Positions 26,856 to 38,800 of a stretch of 64,000 bases of DNA are shown here, piece by piece. The stretch comes from Gnetum montanum (taxonomy: Eukaryota; Plantae; Gnetophyta): positions 194,219 to 258,218 of the forward strand of contig MNCI01000828.1 of the NCBI GenBank assembly GCA_015680685.1, given 5' to 3'. How positions within the stretch are numbered: the first letter of the stretch is position 1; each line of letters starts with the position of its first letter. Below the pieces are notes generated by a model, which had not been told where the DNA came from, searched no databases, and was given only the letters and a program-made list of their open reading frames with translations. The translations under genes were made by a program, and so were the position numbers.

Positions 26856-29800
26856 GTCAGGTTTTAGCCTCTGCCTCGCTCTTTCTTTCTTTCTTTCCTC
26901 GACGCTTTTGATACTCATGCATTTCGGAATAAGTAAACGTAAAGTATGTACTTTTTGCTTCTTTAATTCTTGCCTTAGGCATTTCTTTCGGCTTTGTTCA
27001 GTCTGTTCTATTGAATTATCAACGCAGTGGATTTTTCATGTTCATCTTCTGTTCGATTAGGAAGCGATCAAAATTCTTTGAAAAGATGAGAATCACTGTT
27101 TCGATTTTAACGTTTCTGCCTGTGCTATGATACCTTCCGTTTCATCTTTGTTGACCTTGTAGAGCGAAGAGACAGCAAAAGAGAGGATAATGAAATGATT
27201 TCAGGCGAGTTGCGGATAGCATAAGCTAGGTTCTGCAGCAGAGCTTCAAAGCTACACCTAGGACCTTTCCATTATAACTTACGTTTGACCTTCACTGTGA
27301 AAACGGAAAATAAAATGATTTCACGATTGATAAATTACAAATAGATAAGCTAGATTTTGCGACAGAGCTTTCAGAGCTACACCTAGGACCTTTCCATGGC
27401 CCATGACCTTCCATTGAACACACAACGCACTCAGGAGTCGCAACCTTTCCTTGAACACAAGGGTTTCTTCCGGTGAGCCACCGGCACCGACGGCGTAGCT
27501 TCGAAGCTCTACCGTCGGTGAATATTTTTTTTTAAAAGAAATCACAAATGATATTTAATTAAGGTAAATATAGGAGTCCTTATAGGTCACAACTCACAAG
27601 TTGCCGCTACGTCATTAAATGTCTGTGCGCGACTTGATGTGAAGCTACAGAACCTTGCTGACATGCTGTCATCTCTTTGAAGGCACGCATAGTGTCATCT
27701 CATCCAACAGAAATCAAACCGCGTGGAATCTATGTCATCAACGATTTATGCCTTAATCAGATGATGGAAAAACTGAGCTGTAACAACCATCATAGCTTGT
27801 ACACGGAGAATGGTAATTGTCAATGATGGAAAAATTGAGCTGTAAAAACTATCATAGCTTGTATGGAGAACCGTAATTCTCAATGTTCATGGCCGAACAA
27901 AGAGGAGGGCTCAAGCCACAGCTGAAGTTATCAAAATGAGCTGAGTTGTAAAAACAGCTCTCCATGTAACTAGACCATCGATCTATTGTCACCTTGCGTC
28001 AAACTAGCTTAGTTTCTTGATTTCTTGTACATGAAAATTATATGAATAATTATAAGAATTGTAACCTAATTTGTTTCATTGAACAAGCTTTCTTTAATTC
28101 TAAGATTAATTTGCATGTATGAATAATAAGGAAATGAATTTTAAAAATAGGATCCAAATTTGATTTGTATAAATTATCAGTAAGTTGTTAGTTTAGTGGT
28201 AAGCTCCAATTATTGGTTCGATTCTAGTGGGCAATGATGAGGTTGGGACAAGGCTAAGATGATGATGATGATCAACTAATCAACTTTTGAATTTTTAAAT
28301 AAAGAAATAACCTTATTTATAATTTGGGGGGGGGGGTGTGTGTTTGAAATAATTATAATATCGCCCAATTAGAACTTTCTAACTTAGCATTGCCCACCAG
28401 AATCAAACCCATGACGTAAAGCTTTAAAATCAAGAATCTTACAAGTAGGCTAACACCTTTTTAAATTTAAACAAATATCAAAAGTGTGTTAACTAACTTG
28501 ATTCTAAAAGGAATCCAAGGTTATAAACTTAAGTAATGAAGGGAGTAAGGCATAACTAAGATAGTGAGGTCAAATATATATGTTTATATATATGATAATG
28601 TGAGCATAACACTATTAGGTTAGATTTAGCATGAGTGAGTGAGTACTACTTGACATAAATCTAACAAGAGCAATAAGATTTTTTGACATAGTAATGACAA
28701 CAATAATATTTTCTAAGTGTGTGAGGTATCTAAAATAATTATAAGCTTTTTGATGGTTTCAACTCCATGTCTATGTTTACATTTATGAAACTAAAACTTG
28801 AGATTTTATTAAGTTTATAGACCAAAAAAGATCTACTAGACAAAATAATACATTCATGTCATGGAAAATAAAAATTGATTCAACAAAGTGACTAAGCACC
28901 ATTTGATGCAACAAAAATAGACTCTACAAACTTTTTGTTACAATTAGATACTCTTGCCTAACATGCTTAGTTAAAGGATAATTAAGAAAATTATGTTTAT
29001 CATCCTTAGCCTACGTTTGCACTTTAATCTAGAAGGGTTAAACTATCTCTTCTGTTTTATATCGAGAATATGTAAACTCGGACAAAGCTTATTGATGAAG
29101 CAACGAGATCTGATTGAAATTTTAGTTGTAAGGTAAGAAACTTGCCTTTAATATGCTTCAAGTGAAATTTTCTTTTGCCTTCTACATTTGAACATAGCTT
29201 TTCTAGCACTTCCTTCTTAACTAACTCATGTATGTTCTTTGAATCACTTTGCACTATCTCTAATGAGATATTCCATGTCATTAGCCATTATATCCCTTGA
29301 AAATAGTATCCTTGTTATTTTATACCTTCAATGACTACTTTAGAAAATTCGAGTTATCTTGTTTTTGCCAAATTTTGAATATAGCTAATGAATTAACAAA
29401 GAGCTTTAGCTTCTAAGGGAGTAAGTCACATTCTAAAAGTAACATACAATGAGGAATTTGTGTCTTTTGTTAACAATAAACATTATATATTAAAATTTTC
29501 TAAAACCAATATTAAAATTAGTATTCTTACAAAGTTAATTGAAATAAAGGGACATGAAATAGTTGCAACCATTTGAGATCCATAAAGAACCAAAGCCACA
29601 TTAGCTTACAAGTGGTGAGAAAAGAAAGGAGTAATTGCATTTATCCAATATTGACTAACATGAGGGGGTATTCTTTGTGGGAAAGAACACATAAAATACT
29701 AATTATATGAAGGACAATTTAGAACTCAAGTTGCATGGAAGTTGAATGAGCTTGTAATTAAAAAGCATCCACAGGCTAAAGATGTGTTATGGAGAAGACA

Positions 29801-32800
29801 CATTGTAAAACATATTATGTGCATATGGAAAGGAGCAGTTCATGAAACCTAATCAAGTCCAATAAGCATGTATAACACTCCCAAAAATAGTGAGTGTGAG
29901 TTAAAGTTTACTTACCAAAGATAAATATTGACGAAAAAGAATGAAAACATTTTTCGTGATAAATTTGGATAATGGAAACCAAAGTTAAAAGGAAGTCAAT
30001 AAAGGTGAGGTTTGTCTATACAAAAAATGAAAGATGAAACTCATTAATAAGGATAGTAGAAACTATGTTGTGAGAAAGATAAATGAAATAACCATAGTAA
30101 CATCTATTTTGCACAAGACCATGATTAAAATTGGTAAGCTTCTAATTGATGTGCTGAACAAAACCCTTGATGATGAAAGAATGTATGGAAGTAAACAAGA
30201 AGTTTGTGTACTAGAAATAAGAAAATCCATGAAAGATGGGAATGCATGCTAATACATGGAAGACAGGTTCTAAACAATGGAATAATTCATGATTCATTCT
30301 ATTAAAGGATGAAATCACAATGTAATCTTGTGGAAATCTAATATTAATTTTAACAACAATTATAGCAAGGAGCATATTTTAATCTTGTAATCAAACATTT
30401 CAACATCTTCATTGTTAATTCCATTTAATAAAAATATTGGGAGGGTGGGTGTTGGATCCAAAACCAAATGAAAAAAATATTAAAAAATTCTAAGTACATC
30501 AAATCAATGAAGAAACAATTTAAAGAACAAGCACAATACTTTTGGGAAGGCTTTTTCATATTTTCATCTTTACAACTAATTTTTCAAAACCTCCCCTCTA
30601 AGGTAAGAAAGGATCAGGCCTTACTCTTTTTTAGAAACACAATCATGGGTGTTCACTTCTTACTAAAGGGTTTCTTATAAAAAGAAGGAGAAAACTCTTT
30701 CTAAAGACAAGAACATATTGGGAGGGTGGGTGTTGGATCCAAAAACAAATGAAAAAAAATATTAAAAAATTCTAAGTACATCAAATCAATGAAGAAACAA
30801 TTTAAAGAACAAGCACAATACTTTTGGGAAGGCTTTTTCATATTTTCATCTTTACAACTAATTTTTCAAAACCTCCCCTCTAAGGTAAGAAAGGATCAGG
30901 CCTTACTCTTTTTTAGAAACACAATCATGGGTGTTCACTTCTTACTAAAGGGTTTCTTATAAAAAGAAGGAGAAAACTCTTTCTAAAGACAAGAACATAT
31001 CAATAAGAGATAAACAATAAATGATAACAGAAGTTGAAAGCTTCTCCTTCATTAGCCTCCAAATCAAAAAGAAATTAATATAAGAGAATAAATTAATCAT
31101 TCAACTTTCATTAAGAGCTTTTTTGCTTAAAGATGTAGCTAAAAAGTGACATCTTTGAGAATATAATATTTAACTCCTAGAGAGAGATCATAGTTATGCT
31201 CTTACTTATAGAAAGTAACTGCACACTAAGGCTTTTAAATAGAGTGGAGAACAAGTGGTCGAAAACACTTCTAAATGCAAAGAAAGAAAGTAGACAAAGT
31301 AGGTTGATTACTAAAAACTACTTTCATTGATGCTTGGCTGAAAGTTGTTACAAATTCTAGATGTCCTTTTCTAAGCATTCTATGCAATAGAACACTGAAA
31401 ACAAAAAAGAAAAAAAAAGGGACATCAAAGAAAGAGTCTTTACTTTTACAAAGAGGACATTGAGGAGAAATAATTCTCATATGTTTAATATGAGTGCCAA
31501 TAGCAAGACCTTGATGAATAAGACACCATAAAAATATGAATCTTTAGAAAGATAACAGTCCTCCATATATATTTCCTTTTTACTATCTAAAAGTACAATG
31601 ATAATTGCATATTTCAAATCTTATTGAACATGTTATGAATAAAATCACTTTTTGTAGTAATCTTGTAAGCAATTTTGGAGTTGAAAGCAAAAACCAGGTT
31701 TGCCATCCTTCCAAAAATATATTTGAAAATGCTTAATGTGAACTATTGTCAACTTTAAATAAATTCTTAAGATCAAAAATTAATTTTTCAAAATCTTTTT
31801 TCTTCTTTCTATTCAAAGCATAGAGCCTAGAAACCTTGTTCCTTGTAATCGATCTATCATGTATACATAGATAGGAAACTATAGTGATATCAAACTTATA
31901 CCAAGTGGTACACAATCTAGATGAGTTAGCAGCCCAAGCTCCTTTACTAAAAGGAGGTCGTCATGGGCTAATTTGCTTCAGTATATCTTTGGAAAGTGAA
32001 GATGATTATAATTCTAATACCTACTAAACTTGTACCATGTTTTCCAAATTTATTTTAAGTACTAGAGAATTAGGGATAGAAATAACTTGAGAAAAAAGAA
32101 AACACTGAAGAAAGTTATTGGAAGATCAACTATTATTATTTTTAGGTTTTTCTTGCATAAGTTCATTTCTTAGAAGGAGCATTTAAACATCCTCTTCATC
32201 AATGCACTTTGTAATTTATTCTGTTGAAAGAGAAGTATCTTAGTAATAATAATTAATGGGGCTAAGTCCTTCATCTTTATTGCTGCTAGTGGAAATATCC
32301 TAAGCAACTCTAGAAAAACCTTTTCCATGTTACTTAGTAAATCAAAAAAACTGACAAATGATAGAATTAATTCTATCATCAGAAGTTTTAGAAAAAACGC
32401 AATAATTAGAGTAATAAACATGAGTTAGTTGATTGAAGTATTTGCTTAATAACACATTTTTTGTGTCAATTTATCAACTTAAAGGAAATTTTATCAACCA
32501 CATGATTTCACAAAATGGTAAAATTAGGTTCAAAAGAAAAAGGTATTCCTAAAATTTGGAAGATAGAGTCTTTTTTCAAGATTTTGGAAGGCTTTAGAGC
32601 AACTCATTCATTGACATTACCATTAAAATAAGCATTAAAATTTGTCTAATTGATACAAGAGTGAGATAATATGCAATAATCTTCCACTCTAGCTAAAAGA
32701 ATATTTATATGTTCCAGAAAATTGTTAATCATAAAAAAATTCATTTGCAAAGTGCATGTTAAGTAATTGTGTACTTTGATAATCAATTGAAATTCCATTA

Positions 32801-35800
32801 ATGATATTTCTTTGCAAGTTATAATACAAATTATGTGAAAGAAATTCTACAATAACAATAAAAAGATAAGGAATTATAGGACAACCTTGATGAATTGACT
32901 GTTGAAGAGAAAAAGAGGAGCTAAATCCAAAATTTGTAGCAACTTGATCATTGTCGAAATGTAGCAACTTGATCATTGTCGAAATATCTTGTCCTGATGA
33001 AGAAAGGCTTTTAACATAAAGATGGATTGTAAAAAAAAGTATAAAGAATAGAATGATGCTTTGAATGTCCTCCAAATTGGCAACCTCTCGCCTAACAAGA
33101 CAATGAACTAACCACTCTAAGATTTAATAAAAATATTATCTACCAAAATCGAATCCATGACTTGGTATTTGTAAATCATTGTCCAAATATCTTCTCTTGA
33201 TGAAGAAAGTCCTTCAAAATAAAGATGGATTCTCAAAAAGAAGTATAAAAGAATAGAATGATGCTTTGAATGTTACCCAAGTTGACAAACTCTTACCCAA
33301 CAAGACAATAAACTAACCACTTTTAGATTTAATAAAAACAATTTTTTGCACCATTTCATTATCTTGTGACTTCATTGCACTAAGGCTTGGCCCCATACAA
33401 CACACCCTTTGAACAATTTAGGATATATTACAATGTGAACATAACACTATGAGGGTAGATTTAGCATAAGTGAGTAAGCACCATGTGACATGAATCAAAA
33501 GAGAGATGAGAATTTTTGACATAGCAAGAATAAATATCATATTCTTTAAGTTTGTGGGATGTCTAAAAAAATTCAAAGGCCTTTGATGGATAGCTTCTTC
33601 TATACTTAGATTGTGATGAGTCACCTTTCTTTACATTGAATTACACACTTGAATATTGTTGGTTGCCTTACTTTAACCAAATACGAAGTGATAGCTTTGT
33701 TTTCTTCATATTGTTTATGTTATTAAACTTTTTAAACTTTTCATTAATCCATTATATGATTAATAATGATTTAAATTCTTCCATCCTTCATTGTTATGGC
33801 AATGAATTTATCACTTTGAATGAAATTTGTTTTAGATATATTTACTTTAGAGTAGTCAAGGTTATTGAAACATGCCTTTTCTTATTATCATATGTCTCAT
33901 CCATATTAGATGTTCTTGAATACCATTAATCCAATCATACAAGCTCAAGTTCTATGGCACTAAAAAAGGAAATGATCCTGGTAAAACTATGAAATGATAC
34001 TTTAGTGACTTTCAGCAATCATTTGTACTTTAACTACTTGATATGTTTCATACATATTCAAAGGAATTTGTCCCTGACTATCATGATAGTAGACACACAA
34101 GATTTTTTTCCATATTTTAAGATTATAAATTTTTTTTGTAATTATTAGTTGTGAGCCATGAGGGTAAGCTCAATCTCCTGAATGGTCATTTCAATGTCCA
34201 TGTACTAACATTGTATTCAGCAAAACTTATTTGAAGTAAGCATTATTATTTGCACAGAAGATAATTGTTGAACTAAGTTCAAAAAATCATAGCATATAAT
34301 TACAACTCTTTCCTTTGACATGAGATTAGGTAGACAACTAGCCATAGAAAAATAATGGTTATATCTTTTACTTACCTTAAGGAGTTTGATTATGTTGATG
34401 TAATGAATGCATTAAGATAATAATGAATAAGATGTCATACCAAGGTTAGTGTTTTGGGATATTATGTGTTCATTGTTCATTCTCATTATAAAAATAAAAA
34501 AAATGAATATAAATTTTTCTTTGGTTGAAAGAAAGCTTTTATTATAATAGCAAAGCAATATCAACTCCTTGGAAAAGGGGAATTGCCTCATCTTTTAAGA
34601 TCATAATTCATTTTTCATATAGTAAATAAATCAGATGTGGATATGGTTGGATCAAAGTAGTCTTCACTTGTGGGTGTCCAAGCAACTGAGTAGCTTTGTA
34701 GTAGGATAGATATGGGTTGTACTTCTAGTCAACATTTCTCCAAGCCAAGACCATAAAAAGTTAATTAACAATTTCCATAGTGAAGTAGTCATAAAAATAC
34801 AAAAGATGACATGAGCATGAATTGCAAAATGTACTTTATATCATTGTGTTCAATAAATAAAAAATATTATGATATATATAATATAATTTTATTCCCATAG
34901 TGAGTATTTTTGAAATGTATAATTTCCTAAAGAGCTGATCCAACTTTTTTGGAACAAGGCTAGGATGATGAAGAAGATGATTTTTAAAATATTTCTATGT
35001 ATTTTTAAATAAAATAATAAATAAATCTTGTTGCAATCCTTTGCAGAATTAGCACAACATTCATTGAAGGAAAGCATGTAAGAAATACATCCTAACATCG
35101 CAAATTTTTGCGGGATAGATGTAATGCAAAAATTGAATACACACAAATACTCTCCAATCAAAACAATTGTGACAGCTTCTTATTAAAGCAATAAACTCTC
35201 CTTAATTATATTGTTGATTATCCTATATCATTTTGGATAGGTATGGCCTCCTTGGCTAAGGCAGAATTGTAGCAAGCCTTATATAACTAGACTTATCTAC
35301 TACAAGAATTAAATTAATGATGATTTTTAAATTTATTAAATGAATTACTTAATTATATAAAATATCATCCTTATATTCACACAAAACACACTTATTTTAT
35401 TCATATGCTAGCCAAAAATCAAGAAAAACTTAGATGAATCAAAGATAAACAAAAACTCTTTCTAAAGTAGGTGTAGTTGCTTTATTTGCTTGATTTTTAG
35501 AGATACTGTCCTCTTAGTCTTGCTCTTTGGATGTAATGGTGGATGGGAGTATAAGCAAGAATCCTTATTGACATTGGTATTCTTCTTAGCTTTTTTTTTT
35601 TTTTATGAAAATACTGTCATCTATATAGTAATGAATTTCTAGCCATTGGAGGACCAATATTTCATTTGTATTGTCTAACAATGTATTTTGATGGAACTTC
35701 TAGGTAGTATGATGCATTAACAAACTAGATATATGTTTGTTGTGGTTGGTTAAAAATTCCTTCTTGTAATGATATAGGAACCTACGATGGACATTGTTGG

Positions 35801-38800
35801 GTTTGTGATTATTCATATTATTGTGGTATATATCACCATATTAGTGGACCACAATTTGAGCTACTTAATCCATAACCTGTTGAATTCCATGGTAGATAAG
35901 AGGATGAAATGATAGACCAATTGTGCTATAGAGAACAACCTTCAAGGTATCGAGTTTTAAGGATTATATTCAATCCATTGTTGATGTTGTTGTTACCATT
36001 GAAGAAATCCAGCACTAGCTTAAGGCATCCAATCAAGATAAAACTTTTTACCCTTTCTTGTAGTTTCATTGGTATGGCCTCATGATGTAACTATTTTTGT
36101 AATAACTCTAATAATTCTATTTTTTTTTATCTTTGAGACTTGAAATCATCATTTTATTCAATGCATTGTAAACATTAGCAATTGTACTAATGTGTGAGGC
36201 TAGTGGTAAGACTCTAGATTTGGAAACTCTAAGTTATGGTTTATTCTAATGGGTGATATTTAATTATGAAATGAAATGAAGCTTTATTATGCTAGAAGAT
36301 CCATAGGATCTGTCAGACAGATATTACATTTTCATAAAAAATAAAGATAGACACTACAAATTGACCAAGCACTAATGGGGGTATCAAAAATAAATTATAT
36401 AGGTTTTTTCTGTAACATTATAGTATTGTTTCAAATGGGTAGTTATAGCATAAGAAAAAAACACAAGTAGCTCTTCTTCAAGGGTTGCTAATTCACACAA
36501 ACTACAAATGCGTTCTTCTTGGGGGAGTTGAATTTATCTTTTACTTTCAATTTTAAGATGATGAGAAGTCAAGTGAAACTTGTTGATAGCATTCCAATAC
36601 TTGATGGAAATAGTAACTAAGAGATGGTGAGCTTCTGCATCTAGTTTATTAGATCCAATAGGCTGTAAAAAGAATTACTTCTTGATTTTCACGTTAGCCC
36701 CCATTTATGTTAAAGCCTTTTGTTTGACTAATTAGTGAATATGCTTAGAATTTTGGTGCACATATTCCGAAGAGAGTTTCCATTTTATCAACCATTGCAT
36801 CCTCTAAAAATATCAACCATGGTCTTGTGAATCCTCAAGAACTACTTTAGAGAATTTTCATGGCTTGAGATATGCAAGCTATGAGCGTATGTAATGAATT
36901 GTCACAAGGTTTCTCCTTCTAAAGGCAATAAATTACATTTACATAATAACATTGAGGAAGGTATTTGCATCTTCACCTCATCAAGAAGAGAAATTCTGTA
37001 CTCTTTAAATATATTTCCAAAGTTGAGCATAGAGTCTAGGTCTCCAAACAACTCATCCCCAATTATAAAGTTCTATTTAAATTCTATGCAAAATTTATGT
37101 TGCTTATATGTCCTAGCGGTATATAGAGTTAGGAAGAGATGTTTTAAGAAGCAAAACATTTTTTATTAATAATATCCCAAGACATATAGTTAAATTGAAA
37201 CTTTATAACTTAGCATTGCCCATGAGAATTGAACTCATAACTTCAAGCTTCAAAATTAAGAGTTTTGGTATTAGTCTAGTTCTAGTTTTGATAACCCCTT
37301 AAATTTCAATGCGTAACATTGAGTTATAAAGTTTACTTAAGTTTTGCACAAGTTTTGTATTGGCTATATGGTATCTAGTTGTAGTTTTGACAGCCCACTC
37401 ATATTAGCAAATTTTATCAAAATCTTCTTTATTCTTATGTTTTCTTGCATAAGAACTTTAACAACATTAAGAGGTTAAGTCTTATATTCAACACTTTTAA
37501 GTCCTTGACATTAAGAATTGATATCGCCTCTCTTTGCATTAGCATGCTTATTCCATTCATCCTTTAATCTAGCCAAAGCATCAAGCATGATTAGAATTTG
37601 GGTCATGAAGCTCTAGTAAATGTTTTCCATAGCATACACATCCACCCTTTGGTAAGTTTGTTGTTAGAGTCCTACTAGATGCATCACTTATTCATGTTTG
37701 TTGAACCCATGAGTTGAACATTGATTGAGCATATAGTTATATTGCTCTGTGACCACATCCAGTGATTTATTAATATCTTGTTTCCATTATACTATCTACT
37801 TTCAAAAATTACAACTTGATCCTATGTTTGAAACTTAATGTTGAAAGCTCTAAACATGTTTGCTCAAGAAGTAGTGAAATTGGATTGAAAAGCTTAATAC
37901 AATGTTTTCTCGTAATTATTGAGTATGTGGGAAAAGAAATAAAGTTTATGTTACTTACTATCTAGTTCTTGCAGCTTGTAAAAAAATAACAAATGCTTGA
38001 ATGTAAATGTTAGTCATATCAACCTTTTTAAAACTACTCTCATTAATGCTCTAAGGTGAAATGCAAACTACCTAATGAATTTCACCTTGTTATATTCTTT
38101 GAAACAATACTTCAAATTATTAACATCTTTGTCAAAATGGAGATAATATAAATGAAGAATGATAGAACAACTTTAGCTTATTGCTCATATAGTTTAGCCC
38201 ACATGCAAACAAGATGCATGCAACTCTTTCCCTTAGGATCATTTGTATTATAGTAATGAGAGACTCTAGAAGGTATTGCTTCACTTAGGATGTATGCACT
38301 CATACTCTTGCTCCACAATAATATTATCAAGATCTTATTTCTTGTGAACAATATACTTTGATTATTTTTTTGGAAAAGTGTTCGGGTTAGATTAATCGTA
38401 AAAAGAAAATTACATGAGATTTGTACAGCCCAAAAAATGAGGGGAGGTCTTTCCCCTCCACCCCCAAAAGGAAAATCCCATCACAAAAGGTAGAGCCAAC
38501 TAAGACCCCACTTGCCAACCACCAACATAAGAAAATAAAAATTGGTAGGTCACCCCTATGGATCCCTAAAACCCAACCCACCTGTCAAAAAAAGACCAAC
38601 AAAAACAAAGAGACAAGACCACTGGGAACTGAAAAAACCCAAAGCCTAAGGACACCACCTATATATGGCTTGGCAATCATGTACAGTGGGATATAACCCA
38701 CTCTTGACCAAGAATGGCATCCAAAATAGCCTTGTGTTGTTTTGTGTTGACAAAAGTTGTTGGTTGCTGAAAATCCTTAAAGGCTTTGACTTTCCTAGCA

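Noticed and set aside
26856-26867. Alternative exon-1 donor CAG|GTTTTA at 26861
   Set aside because: It would shift the frame relative to exon 2; the 26856 donor restores the conserved ELDxF(L/M)-xxY junction.
25874-27060. Several overlapping 60-145 aa ORFs around exon 1
   Set aside because: Shadow ORFs in GC-rich promoter/exon DNA; only the KNOX frame has recognisable motifs.
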